DNA of 64,000 nt from an uncultured Actinomycetota bacterium (GTDB lineage Bacteria > Actinomycetota > Actinomycetes > JAHEKZ01). The stretch is taken from the NCBI GenBank assembly GCA_963743915.1, contig CAVURN010000002.1, forward strand, positions 608,001 through 672,000. The letters are read 5' to 3'. The translations under genes were made by a program, and so were the position numbers. Below the pieces are notes generated by a model that was not told where the DNA came from, made no database searches, and was given only the letters and a program-made list of their open reading frames with translations. Numbering within the stretch: position 1 is the first letter of the stretch; each line of letters begins with the position of its first letter. Of this stretch, positions 53,171-62,923 are shown piece after piece.

Positions 53171-55246
53171 ATGACGCAGGTGCGCCACGACGGTGCTCGG
53201 TCCGAGACGGCTGAGTTGCACCACGCTCTGCCCTTGTCCGATCCGCGCGCCGCCAACGTTGTCGTGGCGGGGGCCAAAGGCGCCAACCTCGCCCGCGCGC
53301 TGGCGGCAGGGCTTCCGGTGCTCCCCGGGTACATCCTTCCGACCGACGCTCCGTCCGCTTCCGAGCTGGACGCAGAGCTCACTGTCGTCCGGGAGGCCCT
53401 GGCCCCTCATCCGCTCATCGTCCGCTCCTCCTCGACCATCGAGGACGTGGGATCGTCGTCGATGGCTGGGCAGTTCCGCTCGGTCCTCGATGTCACCTCT
53501 CAGAGTGAGCTGGTGGCCGCAGTGGAGACCGTCCGCCGCTCGGCATCACGACCCGACCTCGCAGCGGCCCCGATGGCCGTGCTCATCCAGCCTCAGCTGG
53601 ACCCGCTCGTCAGCGGCGTCATGTTCGGCATCGATCCCGTCACGGGCGTGGAGGGACGCCTGGTCGTCGAAGCCGTCTCGGGTGGCCCTGACCGGCTGGT
53701 GAGCGGACAGGTGACCGCTGAGCGCATCAGCCTGAACCTCACTGGTCGGGTGGTCGCCGTCGACGGCGTCCCGGTGAGACGGGGCACGCGTCACCGGGGC
53801 CTGCTCGACCGGAGCCAGTGCCGAGCTCTCAGCCTGCTCGCCGGTGACCTCGAGCGCGAGTACGGGGCGCCGCAGGACGTGGAATGGGCTGTCGACCCGC
53901 GCGGTCGGCTCGTCCTCCTCCAGACACGCCCGGTGACGACGCGGGCGGCTCGCGTCGAAGGTCCGGTCCTCGGCCCCGGCCCGGTCGCCGAGACCTTCCC
54001 TTTCCCTCTTCGGCCGCTGGAGAGCGATCTCTGGCTCACTCCCATGAGAGCGGGCATCTCCACGGCGCTGGCCCGGGTTGGCGTCACTCCCCATCGCGTC
54101 CTGTCCGAGTCCCCCGTCGTTCTGGCTGTGCAGGGTTGGGCGGCTGTGGATCTGGAGCTCTTCGGCTACCTCGACCGCCGGCCCCACGGATGGCACTGGA
54201 TCGACCCCCGTCCACCGGCACGTCGGCTTGCGGCGGCCTGGCGCATCGGCACGCTGCGCGCTCGACTCACCGATGACGCTTCGGCCCTGATGGCCCGCAG
54301 TGACGAGCTGCTGGCCTCCGTCCCAGCACCCTCAGAGATGTCGGACGACCAGTTCCCGCCGCTGCTCGACGCGCTTCGAGCGCTCCTGGTCGACCTGCAC
54401 ACGCACGAGGTCCTCGCGGCGTCTCTGACCGGCCGGCAAAGTGGGAGTCTCGGCGCCGCCGCACTCGATGCCCTGAGCCGCGGGCGTGCCGTCGGGCTGA
54501 CCGACTCGGCCGTCGTCCACCACGATCCCGTGGTCCTGACGCTCGTGCCTCCACGAGTCGGCACTCCGATGCCGTTGCCGGACCCAGCACCGTCACCACC
54601 CGCTGCGCCGCCGAGCCCGCCTGGCCTGCGTGAGCTCCTCCGCCTGCGCGTGCGATGGGTCCAAGAGCTTCAGGCGCGTTTGTGCGTCGAAATCGGATAC
54701 CGGCTCGCCGCGGTCGGCCGCCTGCCGTCGGCAGACTCCGTCGCGTGGCTGCAGCTGGACGAGCTTCAACCCCTGCTGCTGGGTGGCTCGAGGCCCGACG
54801 ACCTGGCGCATCGGATGACGCTGCGCCCCGGCCCCCCCTTGCCCACGCACTTCCAGCTCGGCGACGACGGCACGGCGGTACCCGTCGAGCGGAGGGGTGC
54901 CCGCCCGCACGGCGGCGTGGGCGCCGGGGGTGGACGCGGTGTCGGCACGGTGGTGCATGCAGACGCCGTCGAGCCCAACAGTCAGGCGGACGAGTCCTCC
55001 CAGGGTCGGGTGCTCGTCGTGCGCACCCTCGACCCGACGCTGGCGGCACGACTGCCGGGGCTGAGCGGACTGGTCTCCGAGTCCGGTTCGACCCTGTCCC
55101 ACCTCGCCATCCTTGCCCGCGAGTACCAGGTCCCCACCGTCGTCGCCGTCCATGACGCCCTGCACCAGTTCCCGGTCGGCGAACGCGTTGTCGTCGACGG
55201 GCGGACCGGCGAGGTCTTCTCCGTGTCGGCGGAGGTGACCTCATGA
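53171..55246 (+). CDS. ATP-grasp plus swivel-His phosphotransferase (RPH-like architecture)
   Basis: GAKGANL, VRSS..ED..SMAGQF, QDVEWA, LQTRPVT; C-terminal SHLAILAREY; no PEP-binding barrel. Confidence 0.88.
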   Translation: MTQVRHDGARSETAELHHALPLSDPRAANVVVAGAKGANLARALAAGLPVLPGYILPTDAPSASELDAELTVVREALAPHPLIVRSSSTIEDVGSSSMAGQFRSVLDVTSQSELVAAVETVRRSASRPDLAAAPMAVLIQPQLDPLVSGVMFGIDPVTGVEGRLVVEAVSGGPDRLVSGQVTAERISLNLTGRVVAVDGVPVRRGTRHRGLLDRSQCRALSLLAGDLEREYGAPQDVEWAVDPRGRLVLLQTRPVTTRAARVEGPVLGPGPVAETFPFPLRPLESDLWLTPMRAGISTALARVGVTPHRVLSESPVVLAVQGWAAVDLELFGYLDRRPHGWHWIDPRPPARRLAAAWRIGTLRARLTDDASALMARSDELLASVPAPSEMSDDQFPPLLDALRALLVDLHTHEVLAASLTGRQSGSLGAAALDALSRGRAVGLTDSAVVHHDPVVLTLVPPRVGTPMPLPDPAPSPPAAPPSPPGLRELLRLRVRWVQELQARLCVEIGYRLAAVGRLPSADSVAWLQLDELQPLLLGGSRPDDLAHRMTLRPGPPLPTHFQLGDDGTAVPVERRGARPHGGVGAGGGRGVGTVVHADAVEPNSQADESSQGRVLVVRTLDPTLAARLPGLSGLVSESGSTLSHLAILAREYQVPTVVAVHDALHQFPVGERVVVDGRTGEVFSVSAEVTS

Positions 55247-56064
55247 CCGTTCTGCGTGCCGTCACGGTGTTCGGACGAGTGCTGCTCCTGGTCGTCCTCG
55301 CGACCTCCGGTCTCTACGTCCTCCTCTACCTGTGGCGGTGGGAGTGGGAGCGGGCTCAGGTGGCCGGCGTCTTCTTCCTCGCTTCCCTGATCGTCTTCTC
55401 CACCCAGCTCGTGCTTCGGCGCATCGCCCAGATGTCCGCCGCGCCGGCCCCGGCGAGCGGGCAGGCCGCGCCGGCGTCCGTCGCGCCCTCGCGACCGTTC
55501 TCCTGGACCGAGCCGGACCAGGAGACGCACATCTTCTTGCCCGTGCTGCTCGGATTCGGCGTCGCGCTCTCGCTGATCGCGGCCGCCGCCGAGCGTCTCG
55601 TCGCCTTCGTGGTGGGCCCGTCGAGCCCGGGCCGGCAGCGGCCAGTTCGCACGGTTCCGGAGAGCGTCCTCGCTGGACTGCTCGTGGTGATCCTGGTGGT
55701 GGTGGGGGCGGTCGTCGTCGTCGCGCGTCACCGGCTGACGACCCGCGAGGAGACGCCACTGGCCGGTACCCGCACCTACGTCCTCGAGGTCGAGGGCCGG
55801 AACGTCCACGTCGACGTGGCTGACAGCGTGACGACCTTGGCACAGTTCTGCCGCGATCGGGCACACGTCGACGAGCTGAGCATCCTCGAGGTGCGTGCGA
55901 CCTCCGGCGACACGGGCACCGTGGTCGTCCAACCTGTTCTCGACCGGTTCGGCGCCGCGCGGTTCGAGGGTTGCCTGACCGACGCGGTGCTCGATCGTCG
56001 GACGGTGGCGCTGCTCGACGTGCAGACCACCCTCACGGAGCCGGTGCGACCCAGCGATAGCTGA
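55243..56064 (+). CDS. Hypothetical membrane protein (about 4 TM plus C-terminal soluble domain)
   Basis: ATGA overlap with the kinase; YLWRWEWERA, IFLPVLLG, FEGCLTD. Confidence 0.8.
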   Translation: MTVLRAVTVFGRVLLLVVLATSGLYVLLYLWRWEWERAQVAGVFFLASLIVFSTQLVLRRIAQMSAAPAPASGQAAPASVAPSRPFSWTEPDQETHIFLPVLLGFGVALSLIAAAAERLVAFVVGPSSPGRQRPVRTVPESVLAGLLVVILVVVGAVVVVARHRLTTREETPLAGTRTYVLEVEGRNVHVDVADSVTTLAQFCRDRAHVDELSILEVRATSGDTGTVVVQPVLDRFGAARFEGCLTDAVLDRRTVALLDVQTTLTEPVRPSDS

Positions 56065-57763
56065 GCACGGTCTCGCCGAAGGCGTTGCGTCCCTCGAAGT
56101 GCACCCGCACGCTGCCTCCACTGTCGGAGACCGTGACGAGTCCGAACTGACCCGGCTCGGCCACGACACCCTCGCTGTAGGGGCCACCCTTGGTGCTGAC
56201 GTGCTGATCGATCGGTGCAGCCTGCAGGACAGGGAAGCCCAGCTGATCCGGGTGGGCGTAGTTGCTGTGGGTGCCGTCGTCGGCGGCCAGCATGTGCGCG
56301 TCGCCGGCGAGCATGACCACGTTGTCGATCTTGCGGTCGTCGAGGAACTGCGAGATCGACTCGCGCTCATAGGAGTACGAACCCCAGCTGTCCCCTGCGC
56401 CGGCCGGATCGACGATCCACGGAACGCTCGAGACCCAGAACACGACCGGATACCGTCGGCTTCCCTGAAGCAGCTCGTTCTCCAGCCATGCCCGCTGCTC
56501 GTCACCGAGCATCGTCTTGTCCGGGGTGTCCGGCTCAGTGGCCGGGTCGCGCTCGGACCGCAGGTCCGTGAGCACGAAGCGGGCCCGTCCGATGGTGAAG
56601 GCCTGGTACGCCGGACCGCTCTGTTCCCGGTCGCCGAGCCCGTAGTGCGGCACGTAGGTTCTGTAGGACGTCCATGCGGCGTCCCGGGACGGCGACAACC
56701 GGTTGGCATCGTTCGGTCCGAAGTCGTGGTCGTCCCACATGTACGCGACGGGCACCTGCCGGAAGAGCTGGGCGGGCGCACCAGGCGTCAGCTGGCGGCC
56801 ATAGGCCCGGCCATAGGTGGTGACGTTGTCGTCGGCGATGTCGCCGTAGAAGAAGTCTCCGGTGACCAGGTGGAACAGTGGGTCCGCCTCACCGATGGCG
56901 TCGTAGGTTGCGGCGTTGGAGTCGAGGCGTGCGCACGAACCGAAGGTGAAGCTGAACGACTGGGTTCCCCGCAGGGGCGTCGAGAGCTCTCCGTTCCCGC
57001 GGGTGTCGTCGGCGTGGCCGTCCACCACCACGGTGTACGAGTAGTCATGGCCAGGTTGCAGGCCGGTCACCGTGAAGCGCCGTACGGAGGGGTCCGCTGC
57101 GGGATCCTCCGTCACGACCTCGACCGACGTGACGTCGGCACCGTCCGAGGAGCTCACCTCGAGGGTCGCCGACCCTTCGTCGTCGACGAGCCTGGCCACG
57201 ACCACCGCAGCATGAGGTGTCAGCCCTCCCGACCACATCCAGTCGACGACGTCCGCGGGTAGGGCAACAGTCGGCGACACGGGCGCCTTGGGTCCGTAGA
57301 AGTAGGTGAAGATCGCGTCGGACCCCGCCCATCCGGCGGCGAGCAGCGTGGCGAGGCCCAGAGCGAGCAGGGACACGGCAACGGGTCCGCGGGTCCGCCG
57401 CCAGATCCACCACAGCAGCATGGACGGCAGGAAGAGGGCCAGTGCGACGAGGAGTCCTTGGAGGGGACGCAGCTGGACGGCCGACAGCGCACCCACCCCG
57501 ACCGCCGTCACGGCCATCACCGTCGCCCCCGTGGCCAGCCAGCGCAGACTGACCAGCAGCCCGACGACGTACAGAGCCAGCACCGCTGCTTGCACCAAGG
57601 TCTCGGCGTAGCCGAACTCACCGCTGCTCGGCACCCCGAAGACCCACGCGCCCACCACGAGCGCGAGGACCGCTGTCGCTGCCAGGACCCGCGCGACGCG
57701 CGCCAACCCCGACGGGTGCGGTGTCACACCGCCCTCGTTGACTGCAGGGATCGCCGTACCCAT
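56033..57763 (-). CDS. phoD: PhoD-family alkaline phosphatase with N-terminal TM bundle
   Basis: FGSC, GDFFYGD, WDDHDF, DLRSER, LAGDAH. Confidence 0.88.
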   Translation of the reverse strand: MGTAIPAVNEGGVTPHPSGLARVARVLAATAVLALVVGAWVFGVPSSGEFGYAETLVQAAVLALYVVGLLVSLRWLATGATVMAVTAVGVGALSAVQLRPLQGLLVALALFLPSMLLWWIWRRTRGPVAVSLLALGLATLLAAGWAGSDAIFTYFYGPKAPVSPTVALPADVVDWMWSGGLTPHAAVVVARLVDDEGSATLEVSSSDGADVTSVEVVTEDPAADPSVRRFTVTGLQPGHDYSYTVVVDGHADDTRGNGELSTPLRGTQSFSFTFGSCARLDSNAATYDAIGEADPLFHLVTGDFFYGDIADDNVTTYGRAYGRQLTPGAPAQLFRQVPVAYMWDDHDFGPNDANRLSPSRDAAWTSYRTYVPHYGLGDREQSGPAYQAFTIGRARFVLTDLRSERDPATEPDTPDKTMLGDEQRAWLENELLQGSRRYPVVFWVSSVPWIVDPAGAGDSWGSYSYERESISQFLDDRKIDNVVMLAGDAHMLAADDGTHSNYAHPDQLGFPVLQAAPIDQHVSTKGGPYSEGVVAEPGQFGLVTVSDSGGSVRVHFEGRNAFGETVLSYRWVAPAP

Positions 57764-57813
57764 CGGCTACTTGCCTCCACCCTGATGCTCACAGCATCGA
57801 GGGGCCCGGGGCA

Positions 57814-57827
57814 GGGCCGGACGACCC
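57814..57827. promoter_or_regulatory. DosR/OsdR-like box upstream of phoD
   Basis: GGGCCGGACGACCC. Confidence 0.35.
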
Positions 57828-57853
57828 GGGGCCGCAGACCGCCGATCCGGCGG

Positions 57854-59237
57854 TCAGTCTCCGGCAGGCACGTGGATGAGCTTGCGGTTGATGAACTCGT
57901 CAATGCCGTACGGGCCGAGCTCCCGGCCCACACCTGAGCGCTTCGTCCCGCCGAAGGGCAGCTCAGGCCCGCCACCCTGCGGCTCGTTCGACCCACACCA
58001 TTCCGGTGTCGAGTCGGTTGGCGACGTCCAGCGCCACCGAGGGATCGGTGTGGTAGACCGCGCCGCCGAGACCGAAGGGCGAGTCGTTCGCCAGAGCGAG
58101 GGCCTCTTCGGCGTCCTTCACCTTGTAGACCACGGCGACGGGTCCGAAGAGCTCCTCGTAGTAGGCCCGCATCTCGGGTGTGACATCGGTGAGGACGGTT
58201 GCCTCGACGAAGGCACCTGGACGGTCGAGGCGACGGCCTCCGGTGCGGACGGTCGCCCCCTTGTCGATGGCGTCCTGCACCTGCGCCATCAGGCCGTTCG
58301 CTGCCGCTTCGGAGCACAGCGGACCGTACGAGGTGCCCGGGTCCGTCGGGTCGCCCACTGTGAGCTGTGCCATCTCGGCGGTCATCTGCTCGACGAAGGC
58401 GTCGTAGTGGGACTCGGTGACGATGAAGCGTTTGGCCGCGTTGCATGCCTGACCGGCGTTCTCCATGCGGGCGCCGACGGCGTCCTTCACCACCTCAGGG
58501 AGCCGGTCCGTGTCGAGGACGATGAAGGCGTCGGAGCCCCCGAGCTCGAGGACCACTTTCTTGAGGTACTGGCCGGCCAGTGACGCGACCGCGGTTCCGG
58601 CACGCTCGCTGCCCGTCACCGACACGCCGCGGACGCGTGGGTCCGCGATGATCGTCGCCGCCTGCTCGTTGCTGGCGAAGAGGTTGATGTACGCGTCGTC
58701 GGGCAGACCCGCGTCGCGGAAGATCTGCTCCATCGCAAGCGCGGACTCCGGGCACTGCGGGGCGTGCTTGAGCAGGATCGTGTTCCCCGCCATCAGATTC
58801 GGGCCCGCGAACCGTGCGACCTGGTAGTAGGGGTAGTTCCACGGCATGATCCCCAGCAGCGGACCGATGGGAGCCTTCCGCACGAATGCCTTGCCGCCGG
58901 ACGTCGACTCGAGCGGCTCGTCCGCCAGCAGGGTCGCCGCTTGGTCGGCGTAGTAGCGATAGATGTCGACCGAGTACTCGACCTCGTCGACCGCCTCCGC
59001 AGCGGTCTTCCCCATCTCGCGGGTGATCAGGGCAGCCAGCTCCTCGGCCCGCTCCACGTAGAGGTCGGCCACTCGATGGATCAGCGCCGCCCGGGCGTCC
59101 ACCTCTGTCTCGCTCCACGAGCGAAATGCCCGGTCTGAGCGCTCGATGGCTGACGCGATCTCCGCATCACTGGCCGTCGGGAACTTCTTCTCGACCACGC
59201 CCGTTGCCGGGTTGGTGACCTGGTACTCGACCGTCAT
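57854..59237 (-). CDS. gabD: NAD(P)-dependent succinate-semialdehyde dehydrogenase-like aldehyde dehydrogenase; frameshift near 57990
   Basis: IMPWNYP, TGSERAG, LELGG, GQACNA, EELFGP; PFGGTKRSG in the next frame. Confidence 0.88.
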
Positions 59238-59365
59238 GGGGCTCCTCTTCGCGACGTGCCTTGCCTGGGCCTTGACGCTAACCGATGGCAGCCGCACGAG
59301 GACAGCGAACGCTCGGACCTTTCCAACTCGGCGCCCCTTGGGTGAGGTACGGCACGATGGGGCGC

Positions 59366-59821
59366 ATGCCGACCCTGCTGGTGGTGCAGCACACCCCTTC
59401 TCCCGCGGTCCAGGACATGCTCGAGGCGGTTCTGCGCGGCACCAGGCACCCGGAGGTGACTGGGGTGTCCGTGGAGGTGCGCGCTGCCCTCTCAGCGGGG
59501 CCTGCCGACGTCCTCGCAGCGGACGGGGTCATCCTGGGCACACCGGCCAACATCGGGTACATGTCGGGGGCGCTCAAGCACTTCCTCGACCAGGTCTACT
59601 ACCCGTGTCTCGAGGTGACCGTCGGGCTCCCCTACGGCGTGTACGTGCACGGCAATGACGACACGGCAGGCGCCTTGCGGGCGATCCACAAGATCACCGG
59701 AGGCATGCAGTGGAAGCAGGTGGCCGCTGACGTCTCGCTGGTAGGTGCACCGACGCGCGAGGGTCTGGCGTCGTGCGAAGAGCTGGGAGCCCTGCTGGGC
59801 CTCCAGGTCGCCGGCTTCTGA
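59366..59821 (+). CDS. Flavodoxin-like / NAD(P)H-dependent oxidoreductase
   Basis: GTPANIGYMSGALKHF, VHGNDD. Confidence 0.88.
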   Translation: MPTLLVVQHTPSPAVQDMLEAVLRGTRHPEVTGVSVEVRAALSAGPADVLAADGVILGTPANIGYMSGALKHFLDQVYYPCLEVTVGLPYGVYVHGNDDTAGALRAIHKITGGMQWKQVAADVSLVGAPTREGLASCEELGALLGLQVAGF

Positions 59822-59826
59822 CGCCG

Positions 59827-61029
59827 CTAGCGGTGGTTCTTGGGGCGCCGCCCCCGCAGACGATCCCGGGCGTCTCCTGCCTGCTTCGCGACGATCGAGT
59901 CGAGGCGCGCAGACCGGCCTTCCATGGCCGCCAGGGCGCGGGCCAGGGACTTGCGCCGGAGGACCGACTCCAGCACCCGCGTCGTCGGCGAGCGTCGCGT
60001 CGCCTCCTGACGTTCTGCCATCTCGTCGAGGAGCCCCGCAATCCCGCGCACGGCGACATCGAGCACCTCAGCGTCGTTTGGAAGTGGTGCCGCAGCGTCA
60101 CTTCGGCGAGAACGCAGGTCGTCGAAGGAACCGACGACTTCGCAGCCGACCGCCTCGAGACTCTCGACGATCTCTCCCTGCCGCGCCTCGACCTCCGCGA
60201 CGAGATCGTCGGGCAGCGCAGGGACACCAGACCCCGACGAGGCACCCAGGATCTCGGTGGACAGCACCTCCCGGAACAGCGAGCTGCGGTGCCACCGCTC
60301 CATGGACCCACCCATCTCGACATTGAGCCTTCGGAGCAGCTCCGTCTCCGCCAGCCCGAGTGACCGGTTGCTCGGAGCCTCGGGAAAGCTCACGGGAAGC
60401 TGCTCGACGCCGAGGACGGACGCGAAGCGCCGCCAGAGCTCCTGGTGGCCCGCCCCATCGGTGGGCAGGGTGATCACGTGTCGGCGCTCGGCGGGCACCC
60501 GAGCCGCCCACCGCTCCATGACCGACGCGGCATCCTCCAGCTGCCAGAAGGGGCGTTCACGATCAGCGAGCACCGCGCGCACCCACTTCGCATAGGGCCG
60601 CTTCCCGCCGTGCTTGACGAGCTCCTGCCAGTAGGAGGGCAGGAGTCCCTGCAGACCTCGCATCACGTAGACGACGTGTACCTCGCGAGGAGCCAAGGAC
60701 GCGACGGCTCGCTCGATCTGCTCGGTCGAGAGGCCGCACATCAGCTCGTCGGACAGCACCGCGACCGGTTCCCGTCGCTGATGGAGTTTGCGCGTGAACT
60801 GGTCCCAGCTGCCTGTCCCGTCACCGCCCGGCTCGCGTGGGTCGAACTCGTCCCCCCGGAGGTCCTTGCTGGCGCGGTAGTGCTCGAAGGAACCGACCCC
60901 CGGGACGGCCACGCCGGCGTCCTGCAGGGCGGGACGGTTGGCCCACAGCGTCTCCTGCAGAAAGGTCGAGCCCGCCTTGGGTGCTCCGACGTGGAGGTAC
61001 GCCCGCCCCACGGAGTCAGCCGACGACAC
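59827..61029 (-). CDS. Sulfotransferase-like P-loop protein
   Basis: LHVGAPKAGSTFLQ, SDE, PSYWQE, NRSLG. Confidence 0.75.
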   Translation of the reverse strand: MSSADSVGRAYLHVGAPKAGSTFLQETLWANRPALQDAGVAVPGVGSFEHYRASKDLRGDEFDPREPGGDGTGSWDQFTRKLHQRREPVAVLSDELMCGLSTEQIERAVASLAPREVHVVYVMRGLQGLLPSYWQELVKHGGKRPYAKWVRAVLADRERPFWQLEDAASVMERWAARVPAERRHVITLPTDGAGHQELWRRFASVLGVEQLPVSFPEAPSNRSLGLAETELLRRLNVEMGGSMERWHRSSLFREVLSTEILGASSGSGVPALPDDLVAEVEARQGEIVESLEAVGCEVVGSFDDLRSRRSDAAAPLPNDAEVLDVAVRGIAGLLDEMAERQEATRRSPTTRVLESVLRRKSLARALAAMEGRSARLDSIVAKQAGDARDRLRGRRPKNHR

Positions 61030-61123
61030 TTCGCTCCCTAGTGATCGCTCGAGGAGGGGACACGCACCAGCTCGTGGACCTAGGACCCTCGGAGACGCAC
61101 AGTACTGGCATTAGCCTGGGAGC

Positions 61124-62767
61124 GTGAGATTCCACGTTGCTCGCCGCACCCCTCTGCTGCTCGTCAGCAGCCTGACGATGACCGCCGCCCTGGTCACCAC
61201 CCCTACCGCCGCGAACGCGGCGACGATCGTGGTCGATGACCTCACCCCGCCCCTTGCCCCGGTGTCCCTGTCCCAGCTCGACGTCGACGAGGTCACCCTC
61301 ACCTTCGAGGTCGACAGCGGCACCGAGCAAGCACGCCCCCCCAAGGTCATCGACACGACGAGCAGCGTCCCGTTCGCCGCCAAGCGAGCCTCTCTCGTCA
61401 GCGGGAACCTGACGACAGGGACGTGGGAGGCCACTGTCGTGCTGGCGTCCTTCATGGACGGCTCGCATGCCCCGCGCGTTCGAGTCTGTGTCACCAACAC
61501 CCCGTGTGCCTCGCAGCCGCTGTCCACCGACATCGTCGTCCACGGCTCCGATAAGCCCGTCCTGAAGTCCGTCTCGCAGAATCCGAACCGGCTTCGTGCC
61601 GGCAAGGTCTCCGGCGCCGAGGCGGTCGGACGCGTGGTCTTCGCCGACAGCGGCGATCCGGTCCGAGGCGTCGCCGTGCGACTCGTTCGCCAGAGCGGCG
61701 ACACCGGCCGGCTGGTCGACCGGAGCAACTCACGCGGCCGCTTCACCTCTCCGTGGCCATGGACGCGTCCCGGTCAAGACCCCGCGGAGATCACCCTGAC
61801 CGCTCCCGACGTCCCCGGCGTCCGGTTCGACCGTGACGTCCTCGGCAACCCGAGCACCCGGTTCCGGGTGCCGAAGCCCAAGGCCCGTGCACTCGTCGGC
61901 CCTGACGAGAAGGTGGTGGTGTCGGGGACCGTCACTCCGGGGTATCCCGCCTCCAAGCTCGGTGCCATTCGTCTGCAGGAGCTGACCGAACGTGGCTGGA
62001 AGACCCGAGCCAGTACCCAGCTCCGCCAGGTCAGGGACTCGTCGGGAGACCCGGTGAACCGGGCTCGCTACCGGCTGTCGATACGTTTCAGCAAGACCGG
62101 GAAGCACGTCCTGCGGCTGTCCAAGCCCCCCGCCATGTGCAGTGGCGGGCCCTGCCGTGTGGCCCGTGCGAACTCCGAACGGTTCTCGGTGGTTGTCGGT
62201 AACAGGGCGTTCGTCGTCGAGCGCCACCTCGATGCGCTCGGCGTACCCGTCGGCCAGGTGGACGGTGTGGTCGACGCGCGGTCGAAGCAGGCTTTCTGCG
62301 CCTGGCGCGACATGACCGGTCAGAAGCCGAGCCGGCAGGGTCTGAGCAAACGGCTCGTGGCGTCCGTGATGCACCACAGCAAGCTCCCGCGACCTGGACG
62401 TCCGGACGGCCTGTACGTCAACAAGACCTGTCAGGTGCTGTTCCAGGTGAAGAACCACAAGTTCCGGCGAGTCGTCTGGGTCTCCTCGGGCGCGCCCGGC
62501 TACGAGACCCCGAGCGCCACGGGCCACATCTTCCGGAAGGTGGATGGCTGGGTGGAGAGCACCCTCTATCCAGGCGCCTACATGCTGAACCCCATGTTCT
62601 TCCTGCCAGAACGACCGGCGATCGCCCTTCATGGTTCGGCCAGCAACGACCTGGTCCATCCGTATCCGGCCAGTCACGGGTGCGTCCGCACGTGGAGGCC
62701 CGACATCCTGCACATCTTCGAGGAGTCGCCGATCGGCACCAGGGTGAAGGTCTACGGCAGCTACTGA
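61124..62767 (+). CDS. Secreted L,D-transpeptidase (YkuD) family protein
   Basis: Signal peptide; ALHGS...SHGCVR catalytic motif; VDGVVD PG-binding-like segment. Confidence 0.88.
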   Translation: MRFHVARRTPLLLVSSLTMTAALVTTPTAANAATIVVDDLTPPLAPVSLSQLDVDEVTLTFEVDSGTEQARPPKVIDTTSSVPFAAKRASLVSGNLTTGTWEATVVLASFMDGSHAPRVRVCVTNTPCASQPLSTDIVVHGSDKPVLKSVSQNPNRLRAGKVSGAEAVGRVVFADSGDPVRGVAVRLVRQSGDTGRLVDRSNSRGRFTSPWPWTRPGQDPAEITLTAPDVPGVRFDRDVLGNPSTRFRVPKPKARALVGPDEKVVVSGTVTPGYPASKLGAIRLQELTERGWKTRASTQLRQVRDSSGDPVNRARYRLSIRFSKTGKHVLRLSKPPAMCSGGPCRVARANSERFSVVVGNRAFVVERHLDALGVPVGQVDGVVDARSKQAFCAWRDMTGQKPSRQGLSKRLVASVMHHSKLPRPGRPDGLYVNKTCQVLFQVKNHKFRRVVWVSSGAPGYETPSATGHIFRKVDGWVESTLYPGAYMLNPMFFLPERPAIALHGSASNDLVHPYPASHGCVRTWRPDILHIFEESPIGTRVKVYGSY

Positions 62768-62923
62768 GCGCGCAGGAGCGGGTGCGAGTAACTGACCCGG
62801 AAGACGAGGGCTCCACCACTCCTCCGACCCTGCAGCGAACGCTGGTTCGGACCACGTTTCCTCGCCCGCCTGACAACCCGCGAGTACTCCGTCCGCGGCA
62901 ACCCAGGGTTGGGGCGCCTTCGG

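Noticed and set aside
53068-55246. Calling the kinase a rifampicin-resistance gene (rph) or a PEP synthase
   Set aside because: Middle domain is shorter than in RPH, no RAE-like palindrome seen upstream, and the PEP/pyruvate-binding barrel of PEP synthase is absent
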